From NCBI GenBank assembly GCA_002633005.1, contig NMRA01000119.1:502578-566577 (forward strand): a DNA stretch of 64,000 nucleotides, in the 5' to 3' direction. Made by a program: the position numbers and the translations under genes. The stretch is from Phoronis australis. Its lineage: Eukaryota > Animalia > Phoronida. Below the pieces are notes generated by a model. The model was not told the DNA's origin and did no database searches. It was given only the letters and a program-made list of their open reading frames with translations. Positions 25,646-39,180 of the stretch are shown here, one piece after another (positions within the stretch are counted from its first letter, which is position 1; the number at the start of each line of letters is the position of its first letter).

Positions 25646-26289
25646 TTGACCTTAGCAATACTTAGCATGCAACATTCGTACACACTGTATGGTGCACTCA
25701 CCAGCTGGAAGGTGTACCCATATATTGCAGTCTTCATAGTTGGCAGGTGTGAGAAATTAAAGGAGCGAGCTATCATTACCCATGTTATGAAATGCAGGCC
25801 GCCAATTTATAGTAAAAAAGTACTTTACCCCATGGTGGCACGTGGCAACCGGTAGGAATTATGTTGGGAATATATAATGTTCAGACCTAATTAACACAGG
25901 TGTGACTTCAATAACAGGGCTTTGCTTTGATATTATCCGAAGTGCAAAACTGACTATGAGCAAATTATATGAGACAAGAAATTCCCACCAAGTAGCCTCG
26001 TGTGAAATAAGCGAGGGACAAAGTTGTGTTTTCCAAATAATTTCTCAGGGATGTGCAAAATGTGGTGAGTGTGCAAATGACTGATACAACGTCTCGTAGT
26101 ATCTAACATTGAGGTGAATAGTTGTTTTTGGTTATTTGTAATTCTTGAACTTGGGATAGCCAATAATACATATTTCTAAAATTTGGCACAAGCTCCTATC
26201 TTGAACAAACATAATTAATTTTTCGCTGTACCAGACTAGGAAATTTTCATCACAATTCATGCGTGAGAACTTGACAAAGCAGTATTTTC

Positions 26290-27440
26290 GTATCTTTGAA
26301 ACCCCCGCATTGATTTCAAGCATGAAATTTCGCAGATTGTTCATTTCGTAGATGAGATGGCATTGGCAATTTTTCAGATGGATTCGACAACCTGTGTATC
26401 CGCTAATAGCAATTTCACAGTTCTTTTATAGACTTTCACAAGACCTGGCCAATAAGACTCTATTAAGATGACGATGCCACCTTTTTTCTGATGGATTTAT
26501 TATGCACCACCTAATGGTCATTTTACTGTTTTCGAGTCCATTTTTGGCATACGCCTCTTTATTGGCCAAACCACTCTGAAGATGATTGTAAAAATTGCCA
26601 TTTGCTGCTTCTGGAAAGAGGACAGTTGACAATGACTTTCTGATATCTGCGACTACTGTGGTGCCACCCAGTAGCCTTTTTTGTATGCGTGGCTGTATCT
26701 CCTAAAGCCTCAGTAGGACGTGTAGAATTTGGGTAGTTTATTTCAATGAAGGTGGCAACGAATGTCGGTAACTTTCGGACAGAACCGACTACCGCTGTGC
26801 CCCCTAATGCCGATTTTACTTTTTCCATTTTCATCTGTATCGTTTGAGTTCCTTGACAGATTTTTATAAAGTTTGGCAAGTAGGTTTTTATTAAAGATGG
26901 ATTTGATGTAATACACACTGCCCAGGAGCCATTGTTTTTTATTATTGATTTTTTGCACCCACCTATCTATTGGCCAAACCGCTATAAGGATCATTATGAA
27001 AATTGGTAGGATTGCGTTCCAACTCGGAAGAGCATAGCTGACAATGATTTTTGGATGACTTTTGCATTGTGACTCCCCCCTAGTGGCAGTTTTTTCGCAT
27101 CTGTAGCTGTTTCTCCTAAACCCCTGCTGGATCTTTGTTAAATTTTACAAAGTCATTTCTATGTACACGACAACGAAAGTCAATGACTTACAGATGTTTC
27201 CCACACCTAGTGGCAATTTTTGTTTTCATGGTTTTCTTCGTGTCTTCAGACGTTCCTGAATTGATTTTCATGGAATTTCAATTGGCAGAGTATTTTATGT
27301 TAAAGAGACTATAACACGTTACATTTTCCTAAGAATGCGATGTATTGTATTCTACCTATGGGCCACTTTTAATGTTTTTTAAGAGCTTTTGACATTGGCC
27401 TCACTATAGGACCAACCACTCAAGGGATTGTTATGAAAGA
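26290..27440. repeat. Degenerate multi-unit interspersed repeat (same family as 7990-8720)
   Basis: Recurring TTGGCCAAACC.CT..AAGGAT..TT.T.AAAA and CCTAGTGGCA units. Confidence 0.55.
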
Positions 27441-27937
27441 ATTTTATGGCACCCACATTCAAAACTGCAGCTAAACAAACTTGTCGAAAGTCCATTATTT
27501 AATCGCACTTGATGGCGCATGCATACTCAGTCTTCCGCATTCCTTTTATTAGTTTGTTTCATTTTTTGAGAATAAACGCTTTACTGCCGAGATAATTTCT
27601 GTAAATTATTTCTAGACTATGATGCACTCATAAATGCTTGGCTAAGCATTTTGCATGAAATTTTGAAATAGGAGTGTAAGATCGAGGCTCCATTTCAGGA
27701 AACTATTTTAGACTTAACTAAGACCTAAATCACATGTCATGTTGCACTTGTTGAACTATGCTGTTGACGTCATGCCAGCAATCATACTTGAAACAGAGCC
27801 AAGAGCACAAGAGCTATGTTTTAACTGAAGGTAATTTCCACTGGACAGAAGCTAGATAAAAAGTTGATACATTTTATCTGCTGCTCGTTAATTGTCAAAT
27901 ATGTGTAGTGTATAGAGAATCTCTATCTTGACAATAG

Positions 27938-28260
27938 GTGGCAGGATATGCTCCTTCTCACCATGCATAGAGCAAGTTCAGCAGACCTGCGATACGCTAC
28001 AAGTGCACGGCTTCACGGATATTGTCACAGCTGAGTGCCTTTTACGTACCTTTGATCCACGAAGCGTGTCCTTAATCGAGGCAGATTTGGGTGAGAGTAG
28101 GGACAGGACAGACCCTCCACCAGGTGGTAGTATGGATGATTTAGACAAAAGGCCATCATCTGCTTCTAAACAAAGTAATGTCAATTTTGATGCTGCTGTA
28201 CCTGTGCTTGAAATACCTGGGCATACAGGTTACCTTACCTTCGCTTCACTGTTTCAGTAG
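27938..28260 (+). CDS. TRMT61A: TRMT61A exon 3 (last): GRICSFSPCIEQVQ...PGHTGYLTFASLFQ*
   Basis: Acceptor aatag|GT; SFSPCIEQV and HTGYLTFA motifs; TAG at 28258-28260; candidate AATAAA at 28926-28931. Confidence 0.95.
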
Positions 28261-29730
28261 GATTTAATTGTCTCCAGGGTTATAAGAACTTATGGCGGTA
28301 CCTGAACAATTTCTTGTTAATTTTAGTGTACCATGTTGGTAATTAACAATTTCAGTTATCAAAGTAACATTATCTGTGAGAAAAATCATTTTCTGAAATT
28401 AGCGTCAACACAGAATCAAATCCAAAACTTTGGCACGACATTCAAATGCTCTGCTGGCTGAGCTATGTCATACACAGTAATTGACTGAGTATTTTGAACG
28501 TATTTACAGGTAAAGTCACTTGCCTTGATTTCAGCAAATGTCGATAAGATTGCGAGTTTGGCACTTTGAAGTAAAATCCCAAAAACACAATGAATTTTGC
28601 GTCTGTATCCCTGGTCAAACCTTACAATTCAAAAACGGCTAGCCTATTAAACAATAATCCGAAAATGCGTTTCTCAGCCACTAAAACAATAATGCCCTTC
28701 GGAGCCATTTCTTGATAGAGTTGTCATGATAGTTATTTTATTTTTCACAGAGATGATCATCAACATTTTTCAAAGAATTGTTGAAGTTGACCACAACATT
28801 GGCAGCTTGAATGTGAAAAACTTTCATCAAAACGTTTGGTGTTGATTAGCTGAGGGTGAATACTGAAGGCCATTAGTTCACTAGTATGATCTGTTGAGTG
28901 TGCCTGTTCTTTGATGCGGGTTTTCAATAAATGATTTTAGTTTAGTCTGCAGTTTTTTGTTGCAGTCTTAATCATTAATTACACACAAGTTTCCCCAACG
29001 TTTGGTAGTTTAGCGTGGTGTCTTTGGGTTTCATATTTCATTATTGTGTATGCACTAAGCACTATTCAGAGGACAGAAGGCACCAAAATTATTTGTTTTT
29101 CAGGAGCAAAGAACGACCTAGTACCTCCATATCAGCTCTAACTTAGTTCCCATTCATCTGCTGGCCATGTTGAATTTAGCTCATTCATTGATGACTTGGG
29201 GAATTTCAATGTATGGAACTCCTTCTTCAGCAAAGACACTTTGTCAGTTCTTTCCGAATGCAAAAATTCTAATCAAAGTATGTTGCTGGTATCTGTAAGA
29301 ATGCACCCACTATGTGGTCACATTACGTGACCTAAAATTAATTCTGAAAATATTTTTGCCCCGACCAATACTTCAGTGTACTAAAGAGTCTGCATGGTAA
29401 GCAGAAGGTGCCTTGTTCAAGTCCTGGAGCAAAAATCTTTTCAGACTTAACGTCATGTGATGTGACCACATATAATATTTATAAGATAAATAATTCTTAC
29501 TTGTATGATGCCAACACAATCATGTTGGTAATAGTTTTTTTATACCATTTGTGTAGTGATTAGTGGCCCAATTGTTTTGATATCAGAAATTGCCTCAGGT
29601 GGGTGCAATGACAGTTTATTAAGAACTTGGTCTACATGTCATCAGAAAATGTAATGTCTTCCTGATGTTACTTGACAAAAAGAACAGACTGAAGCTTATG
29701 TTACAACATCCACTATCTTACATAATTGTA

Positions 29731-29956
29731 CTTCTTCTCTCCTTACCCCTCTGTCCCCCCTCCCAAGCCACCCCCCNGTCCACCCCCTTCTCCCAAGCTC
29801 CACTCCTTGTTAACTTCTCTTAACCTATCCTGCCCCCTCCATCTGTCCCTACCTCCGCCTCCCCCTCCTGGCAAACCTCCCTTCTTGTCTCCTCTCCACC
29901 TACACCACCTTCCCTCCATCTTCCCCTACTTCCATCTCTTCCCTCCAAACTCCCTC
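29731..29956 (+). repeat. C/T-rich low-complexity (polypyrimidine) tract
   Basis: About 225 nt dominated by C runs and CT. Confidence 0.85.
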
Positions 29957-30596
29957 AATGATTTATTACAATGCCACATGTTCACCTGCTCTACTGGAGT
30001 TTCTGTCGTACGTAGAAACCCATTTTCCATTAATTGTAATTTGACATCCTGGGAGCAGTTGGACATTTACATATTAACTAATTGCAGGATAAAAAAAAAA
30101 CAGTGCAGGTGGTCTGATGTCATTTGACCACAATTGCAGGATACTGAAAGATAGTTTTTTTTTTGAACGTCATGACGTCATTGAGGTGTGAGTTGTTTCT
30201 CAAACACCTGATGCTACACAAAGACTTGGTTGAAATCCAACTGTCAGTCATTCTGTATTGGCAGTCATGTAGGTGGCAGATCAAGGCTAAGGATACTGCA
30301 AAGCTAATTCAACTCCTTATGTAATTACAATACTGTATTCTTTGCAACAGAAAATCCATGTATAATTGGTTTGTGTTTCTGTCTGAATGTCCCTGTCTAC
30401 TTAGCGGCGTCTGCATAACAAATGATTTAATATTTGAATTCTCACAAATTCGCTATCACCTTGTTTTTCAAACTTGTCACAGATGAGCCAAGCCCAGTGC
30501 TTCATGATTTTAATATGTTTCCAGGTCAAATCAGAATGTGGAGAACATCAAATCTAGTTCTTATTCAGTTGAAATACGTACTGTCTATCCCCTTAA

Positions 30597-30753
30597 CATA
30601 GGCAGATCCAGGAGGATTAAGGGAGTCAGGAACACCTTTTCCTCTAGTCTTTAATGATATCAAGTCTTGAATTTTCAAATTATTGACTTGGACCCCAATT
30701 TTAAAAGAATCCTTGATCCGACCTTCCTTTTGAAAATCCTGGATCTGCCATTG
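30597..30753. mobile_element. Short hAT-like MITE (degenerate)
   Basis: Termini CATAGGCAGATCCAGG and CCTGGATCTGCCATTG, related to the ends of 34575-35578. Confidence 0.6.
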
Positions 30754-31424
30754 ATCAATATGGATTGTCTTTGTAAATATGTGGAATTTTGTTGTTGCTT
30801 GGGAAGTTTTGCATTGATTTGTTTTCATGAGAGGGTAAAAGCCATTTTCTGACATAGCAGCGACATGATGAAATATGCCTTGTCGCTAGGCAGCGTTTTT
30901 CATTCTCATATCAATTTTAACTCTTTCGCTGCCATTAGCACACTGTTCAACGACTTGCCTGTTTGGGCACTTTTTTGTTCTTGATGCTAAATTACATGGG
31001 AACTAACTACAGTTTTGACATTATCAGATGACAGTTTTACCAAATTCCCAACGAAAGACATGTTTTTCTTCTGACTGCAATTCTATGGGGAATGTTTTAA
31101 ATTTGGTGCTGTTATTATTGTTTGATTTAGTAATGGGAGACTTTCAAATAGAAGCTTGGGAACTGGTGAGGTGTAACCGGATACCAATGACCTCTAGTGG
31201 AGGAGGAGGCCGTTTTATAACTTTTGTTTAGAACACATTCCCTGTAATCATATAAACTGTAAAATGGTCTTTTCACAAAGTCAAACTGTTCCCCTATGCC
31301 ACCCACTGTGAAGACAACGTAACTGTTGGTTCTGCTAGGTGGCGATATGACCAACCATTCCTACCTGAAAGTCTCCCATTGCAACAGTCATACTTAAATG
31401 ATAATGACATATCTAGGCTAGTGA

Positions 31425-33219
31425 AATTGTTACTTGGCGGAATTCTTCGCAATTTTGGTCCGATTTTTACGAAATTTTCACACGACGTGTAGATCAGAAA
31501 GTCCTGGAAGCCTATTGTTTTTGGTCATGATCGGATACAAAAGGGCGGACGTGGCGGCCATTTTGTATCCGATTTCACAGTCAAGTACTCGTAGAGGCCG
31601 CATTTTTCGACCTACATGGCTGAAAATCGGTACGAATATACTAGAACGCATGTGCTACAATTGTGCAGAAAATCGTTGACTTCCGGTTAAAGATGGCGGA
31701 AATATTGGACGTGGCGCATGCGCACCCCGAAATAGGGCTAAAAACGTTTTCTCCTGTAGAGGGCGCAATTGCAAACCAATCACTTTCAAACTGGTCACGT
31801 GTTCGTTGAGTTTAATAAGCTTTTATAAAAAATTATTGAACCGGAAGTCACCTTCAAGATGGCGGCTGTGGGGCATGTTCACACGGTTTCAATCGCTCTG
31901 CTGTCGCATTTTTTATGGGAAGAGCAAATGACGTGAATTTTTGCATGTGGATTCCTTGAAGTATGGCCTTTCAAAAAGTCTGCGAGAGCGTATTTCTCAG
32001 ACTTACCGTTTTCGAGTTATTTGACTTTGAATTTCAAAAAAAACCGGCAAATTTTCAATTTTCTCGAAAAATTTTTGGATTTTTGCCAAACTATCACATT
32101 AGATAGAGATTTGAACGGGCTTTCAGAGGATACTTTCCATTTTGCGCTACGACGTCTACTTTTTGAATTATTCGAGATTTTCGGATACCGTTGTCCCTAT
32201 GCAACGCGCAGGTGGCTGGCTTTCAGTTCACTTTGTTTTGGTTATGCCTAGTTGACCCAGACTGACCCAGCCAGCACTGTCCTACTTTAAAGCATGGCTC
32301 GTCCGTCACGTTGCGCCATCTATTGTTCTTTATTGTAGTTGATTGTGTGCTCTCTATTTGATTTTTTGCTAGTCACATGAATGTTATCGTGTTTGACAAA
32401 CTACCACTTTAGATAGAGTTTTGAACGGGCTTTCAGATGATAATTTCCATTTTGCGCTACGACGTCTACTTTTTGAATTATTTGAGATTTTCGGATACCG
32501 TTGTCCTTCGGTCACAGCCAGCTGGCTGGCTTTCAGTTCACTTTGTTTTGATTATGCCTAGTTGACCCAGACTGACCCAGCCAGCACTGTTCTACTGTAG
32601 ACTGGACCGTCATGTGGCGCCATCTATCGTTCTTTATTGTAGTTGATTGTATGCTCTCTATTTGATTTCGTCGCTAGTCACATGAACGTTATCGTGTTTG
32701 CCAAACTACCATTTTAGATAGAGTTTTGAACGGGCTTTCAGATGATAATTTCCATTTTGCGCTACGACGTCTACTTTTTGAATTATTCGAGATTTTCCGA
32801 TACCGTTGGTCCTTCGGTCACGTATGCACTCAGCTGGCTGGCTTTCAGTTCACTTTGTTTTGGTTATGTCTGCACAAGTTAACAGAGAGTTGTGACCCCG
32901 ACTGACCCAGGTAGCACTGTCGTACTGTAGACTGGAATTCCAGGCGAAATACTATTGTAAACATAACTTCACTTTGCAGACTGTCACATAGTGCCACCTA
33001 TTTTGGATTGCGGGAACAAAGTATGGCTCGTCCGTCATGTTGCGCTATCTATTGTTCTTTATTGTAGTTCATTATATGCTCTCTATTTTCTTCGCTAGTC
33101 ACATGAATGTTACCGTGTTATTCATTATTGCCGCCTTGATCGTCATGATTGTCGTCGTCCTCCCCATTGTCGTCTTTCGATTAATTCCGCCAAGTGTCGC
33201 TCCTCCGAGCGCTCTCGTT
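31425..33219. mobile_element. Helentron-associated (HINE/DINE-1-like) non-autonomous element with internal tandem repeats
   Basis: Perfect 13-bp subterminal inverted repeat ACTTGGCGGAATT (31432-31444) / AATTCCGCCAAGT (33183-33195), then 3' hairpin CGCTC-CTCC-GAGCG (33198-33211). Confidence 0.6.
32081..33118 (+). repeat. Tandem array of three ~305-310-bp units
   Basis: Units start near 32081, 32391 and 32696 (TTTG.CAAACTA.CA..TTAGATAGAG.TTTGAACGGGCTTTCAGA). The third unit carries an extra ~100-bp segment. Confidence 0.9.
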
Positions 33220-33543
33220 TCCAGAGCAACGCAAAATGACAAACTCTCCAGAGATATTGCTGAGAGGTTATGAATGTGTGCATTGGTCTTGTGTGACACC
33301 AATAGATAGCTATAAAGTATGTAAAGTAATTGTTCTTAGACTGACTAACCTGTCTGAATTGATTCACTAATTAATGATCGTGGTTTAGCCGCGATGCTGG
33401 AGAAAACCTATTAGATAATTTCTCTTGTAAGGCATGAATTTTGAAAATTCAAAGATGGCTACTATTTACTTTTTATTTTAAAAATACTCATGTTGGTTGT
33501 TTCCCTAACTTATTGTTCATTCTTGACTTTGAAGCGCCATATG

Positions 33544-33733
33544 CTAAACAGTCGTGTTGGTTTACGACCACAGTTATCTCATCCAGCATGTTCAGCCTAG
33601 CCCATGAATAGCGACTAGCTCACTTCATTCTGTGACGGTGTTATCAAGCCTTTGATGTGCCGAGGATTTCGCTGGATACTCTGGTGCAAACAGTGCAGAC
33701 TTTCTCGTTCACTAGCGTGCAAATCCTGTTAGC
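33544..33733 (-). repeat. Interspersed repeat (~190 bp), copy 2
   Basis: Reverse-complement match to 16079-16268. Confidence 0.8.
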
Positions 33734-34574
33734 TTAAAATTTGCCCAATGTGTGTGTTGAAATGTAATTATTCAATGCTAACAGTTGCTAAATCACATGC
33801 AGAATTAGTCGTTCAGTAAGCAGCATTGGTTCTTAAACAATTGTCTTTCTGCACTTATTCATTGCACAGAAATTGTTATTCAACCAACACCCAACAATTT
33901 TAGAAAAAAATGGCTAAAATTGCCCTTTTCCATTTTCAAGGTTTTCTACCACCTGTAGTTAGTGTGTACAATTTCTCAAAACATTGCCAGGTGTTAGCTG
34001 TAGTATAGATCTTGAACATTTGGTGCTATTAAAATCAAATTTCCCTTGTAGGCCTTATTGTGTCCTAAATTGGTGAGCTTTTGCAAAGTTTCATTTTCAT
34101 TGTCTGAACTTGTGTACTTTTGGTACTTCGCGATTTTTTTTAAGCGGCAGTTATGGGTTTTCAAGGGAAGAAGGAAGTTGTCATTTGTAGTTTGACAGCT
34201 ACATTGGCATTTATCACAGATTGTTATACGCACAGAGTAACTGTGAATAGGTGTGTTAGGTCTGTCATTTTTAAGATTTTTTTGCTGCCAAGGAAGTTGA
34301 AAGAGATTGAGTTTACTTGCACAGGTGTTGCCCTTTTTGGTAATTAAAAGGAGCATTTTTTCAAAGTAATCAAGGTTTGACTGAGGTCACTGACCTTTAT
34401 AGAATTGATCTTATCTTGTTGCTCTCTCTTTTCAAAAAGATCTCTGGGTTCAGTAGGAACAGTCCGATATTTCTCCAGACCTGAAGCTGATAAAATTTCA
34501 TGTCACGCTGTGATGTGAAATTTATGTGCTTGGTCCCCATGGCAGCAATAACGAACTGTCAGTTCTTTTGTAGT

Positions 34575-35578
34575 CATAGGCGGATTTAGGGGGGGGCAGG
34601 CCCCCCCCCCTTGGCTGCCGCAAAAAAAATAAAACAGCAAGAGCATAGGGAAATGTTGAGTTTATTAATTAACCCCGGCAATTAAAATTATACGGCTGAA
34701 ACAAGATGTAAATGTGTGGTTTTAGTGTTTGGGGGGGGGGTCTCAGATCCAATTTCAAGTGTCAAATTCGGAACACAGCGCATTTGTAACGGAACTATGG
34801 CTAAGTATAGGCTCTCCTGCGATATCCCAGGCGAGCGGCAGTGGCGCTGCTCACTACGACTCTGTTTCCGTCGTCTGCTCCACTGTGCAATGAAAAAAAT
34901 TTACTTCATTTTTTAAAGAAAATGGAATCTGAGTGACGATGAAAAAACAGAAGCTGCTGCTAAGATGTGAATTTTAATTGAAGCCTTAGTTAATCACTCA
35001 GAAGCTCATAATCCTCTCTTTGTCAAACCTTAACTTAAGACGATTTCCAAAGCAATCCTGTCATTATTGCCAACACGAAAAACACGGATTTGGTCTTTTG
35101 GGCATTTGAAGACTATTTTAAATACAACAAATTTGTTAAGAAGCGATTGCACAAAATATAAAACGTGTAATAAGCATTACAAAAAGAAGTAGGTTTCATG
35201 CGCAAACGCTGTGGACTATAAACAAGTAGGTCTCTCAGTATCCTGTTACGAGTGGAATCGTGGTGATGCAGTGGTAAAGCACGCGCGCTCTATCCGTCAA
35301 GTTGTGAGTTCGAGTCTGTGGTACTTGCATTTTTTCCTGTTTGACACGTTCTCCATGTTTTTTTGTTTTTTTTTTGGCCTTCTTTTCTTGGATAATACTT
35401 CAGGAATCAAGGAAAATGCTTGATTTTTAGAGGAAAAAAAACGAAAAATTTCACAGCGGGAAGGGGGTTTGCCTCCCCCCATTCGGTGCTATGCGCATCT
35501 ACAATCGTGGTTTGCACGAATGCTTACAGCCGGACGAAATGTTGGGTCCCCCCTTGTGATATCCTAGATCCGCCACTG
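34575..35578. mobile_element. 1-kb non-autonomous DNA transposon with 5-bp TSD (hAT5-like)
   Basis: Termini CATAGGCGGATTTAGG and CCTAGATCCGCCACTG; GTAGT duplicated at 34570-34574 and 35579-35583. Confidence 0.8.
35255..35335 (+). other. Degenerate tRNA-like / SINE-head Pol III cassette inside the transposon
   Basis: A-box-like TGATGCAGTGG (35264-35274), B-box GAGTTCGAGTC (35306-35316), T6 run (35330-35335). The cloverleaf is incomplete. Confidence 0.45.
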
Positions 35579-36260
35579 GTAGTCCTGAAATCACGTCTGA
35601 TTTCACTAAGTAACAAATTTTGAGACCAATTTCGCAACTGTAAGTTGTTTAAATCAAAACTTGTTTTTGACAGAAAGCACAAATTAAATACCATTTTAAG
35701 ATCCGATGTCATGGCTTTCCAAATTTTCCTGGTATTTCAGTTAGTGTTCAAACTCATGGGTAAACTTTGAGGATTCTATAAAATCCCAATCGCCCATTTT
35801 GGGCAGTCTTGGATGTTGTAACCATTGGCTGATCTTAGCATTTCCAGAAGACAGCATTCATTTCAAAGGGGTTTTCAGTTTTGTGACTAGTGATGTCTAT
35901 ACTGGGCTGGTCTACCTCTCGATAATCATTATACCTGTTGACTGACAGGCCTGGCTTACTTTTCATGTACTACCTGCTTTGCAACACCATTGGATCTACA
36001 TGATACCTGTTCACTGGCAAACCAGGTTTACGTTCCATGCACTACAGGTTGTGCAACATATATATATAGTACGAGTCGCATGGACCAGTTGATTTTGTTC
36101 ATACTGGAGATAAGAGAGATGCTTTCACTGTGAATAGTCATTTTCTGATACAGTGGTGACATGTTGAAATTTGCTGTCGCTAGAGTATATTGTTTGGAAA
36201 TATGTAACACCACGTACACTTTACATTAAAATTGGACAGAAAATTTTTAGACAATGGAAT

Positions 36261-36266
36261 TTTATT
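36261..36266 (-). promoter_or_regulatory. Candidate distal poly(A) signal of the NPAS4-like gene (3' UTR up to ~2.6 kb)
   Basis: AATAAA on the minus strand with GT-rich sequence downstream (GTGTACGTGGTGTT). Confidence 0.35.
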
Positions 36267-38846
36267 GTGTTTCAATTAATTTGTTTTCACGCTGTGGTAT
36301 TGCTGTAGTGTGAAGTGTTCAACTGATCCAGGTAAAAAATTTGCAGTAACTGAACAAAAGAAATTGTTTTGTCTTCGTCAATTCTGTCCATCTTGAACAC
36401 CAGAAAGTGGGTCAAATTAAAGTCGCTGAAATTGTGGTACAGATACAAGGATAAGAGCTCTTATCAAATGTTTCCAATTTTTCTTTGTTTTCAGGCCTAA
36501 GTCGGAAAACCACTTGGAATGTTTCAAATCTTTATTTCGCAAATGAAATACATTTTCCAGTTTGTCATTGCTATCTAATGCCCTTAAGTGGGCTCTAAGT
36601 TCAGTACAATAGTTAGTTGTATGATACATCTATTAACACTACATTCCTCTTGCCCGCAAGAGTTTTTCAAACATTAATACAATGCTCTGCATAATACAAA
36701 TTAGAAATTATTTAACAATTTAGATCTATCAAAACATTGTTATAAATTCTGGCCAGCAGAATGTTTAACTTTACATATCGGGTAAATTTGCAACACTGAT
36801 CTAAATAAAATGCTTCCCTGTGTCTTTACTACAGGTTTTTGTCCATTGTATTAATCTTTTCATTGCAGTTTCTACCATGTACAAATGACAGGTTCAAGTG
36901 AAAAAAAACATGATGTGTTTTGCAGGGAAGGTTTCGTATGTTACACAACTGTCTAATTCCAGGTATTGCGTAAAGTAAAGGTAATTTTCTTGTTTACCAT
37001 CTTTTCTGTCATTTCCATTACCTAGGGATAATGCTAACTCAAAACCTCCGCACAAAGTTGAATTGGCCACAAATGTAGATTTGGACTCAATTGGCATTCT
37101 CTTTCCTAAGTGCAATCAAGTTGTTTTTCACAGAAACTGCTTCTAGTGGATTCTTGCTGACATCAATTAGCAGTATATGTTGGTCTTCCGTTATGATTCA
37201 CTTCCTAATTGCCGCCTCCTTTGTAGAACTTGACAAGGATTATGAGGATATAGGTAGTTTCCCCATACATAAGAATGTATGCAGATATTCTAGAAATTAT
37301 CTGGCTTGTTGGGAAGATTTCTGACGCAAGTGTGTAATATGATTTTGCTCCCAACAACTGGCTATAGACAAAACATACCACTTTGCATAATGGACAAATT
37401 AAAAATGAGTTTGTTTCTTGTCACACGATTAACTATAAAATATGCGCGACTTGAAATATCTTACCTTGCAATCTGCCAAAAGATTTTTTCAATAAGAGTA
37501 TTGAAACGAATTCCGTATTTTTGCAACAAAAATGAGTGAGTGTGCTCCAATGTAAAACAAAAAAAATTACCGACTTACCTACTGGTCTCAAAGTGATGGT
37601 GGTTGATTGCAACAAAACATATTTCAAGGACAACGTTATATTCAGGAAGTATAATCGTGGGTGTGATTTGTAAACACATCTTATAAGTCATGAGTGACGT
37701 AGTAACACTTCAAAAAATTCGAAAATGTCTATTTTAGAAATTAATTTTTTCTAAATTGGAAGAATTTTATGGTACTCACAAATTCCTGATCCACAGAGTG
37801 TAGATCGTGAGAAACTGGTTATTTTGTTATAGGGCAGTTGACGTTGAACATTCAACACACTGCCATTTTATGTAAAAAGTTGCATCACAACCTGGACTTT
37901 AGGCCAGTGTGCTCGAAACTCAACTCGAAACTGGCTCATGGCACATTTCGATAAACTGGCAAATTTGTACTCAAACCTTGTGAGTGATTAGTTAAATTTC
38001 GAGTAGGAATCTGAGTCAAGTCTTGAGTTTAGAAATTAGATCCTGGGTTTTGGAGAACAATGACACATTTAACCATAACTGACTTGCATATGGTTACAAA
38101 GTATCGTATACATAACTCAAAAATACAAAAGTCAGAAAATCATTGGCCAATATGACAGAGAATGCTATAACTAATAACTTACAAGTTAAGGTTCTCTGAC
38201 CAGCAGAGTACAATACAAATTTTTCTATTATTACTTCAATAAAACATGTTTTTAATAAACGACACAATATCCAGAAAAATGCTCTAAACTGTTCGTTAAA
38301 CTTATCAAACTTGTATTCTCGCCAAAGGTGCCCCGCTTCAACTTGTCATCTACGCATCAGATCTACCCAAACTCCACAGCCAGCTGGGGGTAAGGGTTGA
38401 TTAAAATACAAGTACAAAATTAATGTGTCTAAACTTCCTCAATCCTCCAGATAGTCTGAGGGGCTCATTTCCCAAGGGTGGTACGACTCAAAAATATTGG
38501 TACTCTTCTTATGTTCAAGCAAGAACAGTACTAAACACACTGTGGTGAAAACTTGCATGTTGAAGAAGCAGCAATGACTGAGAAGGTCTATTTTGGAGCA
38601 ACCTGTTTCACAGCTCAGGTAGCTTCATCAAAAATAGATGAATAGTTCGGCCAATTTATCTTGTTCTTTTTGTTTGCAGTAACGTTCCTACAGTCTCCAC
38701 ATGCAATGCTACTATCTATTCTGAGGACTGATGAAGATTTTTGAATCGTACCATCCCTGATTTTCCCCGTCTTCGTAGTCCTGTAATTATTGATAATTCA
38801 TGGCAATATGCCATACTTGTTAATCAGCTTTGTGTAAGTTGACAAC

Positions 38847-38887
38847 TTACAGTTTCTGTGTTGAAACAGACAGGGTCGACATTGAAC
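38847..38887 (-). CDS. NPAS4: NPAS4-like coding exon 10 (last): GSMSTLSVSTQKL*
   Basis: Acceptor gttttcag|GT, phase-compatible with exon 9; TAA at 38847-38849. Confidence 0.65.
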
Positions 38888-39180
38888 CTGAAAACGAAAC
38901 ACAAGATTTAAGAAACATACATCTGTAATGTCACATGGAGAGAGATCATTACTACCTAGTATGCACTTAATTGGTCTTACATTTTGTTTCGTGCTTAAAA
39001 CATCATCAGCTCAGATTGCCTCAGATCATAACAGTCAAGAGTTGAAATTAAGCAAAACTCAATAGCAAAATATTAGTGTGCTTTTGGCCAGAGTAAAGTG
39101 TAACCTTCACCCCCTTGTTTTCTTGTTTGAAGAGAAGAAATTGAACAATAACGAGGTGAAATTCACAAACACTATATTAC

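Noticed and set aside
29726-30127. Proline-rich 133-aa ORF
   Set aside because: Translation of a low-complexity C-rich tract.
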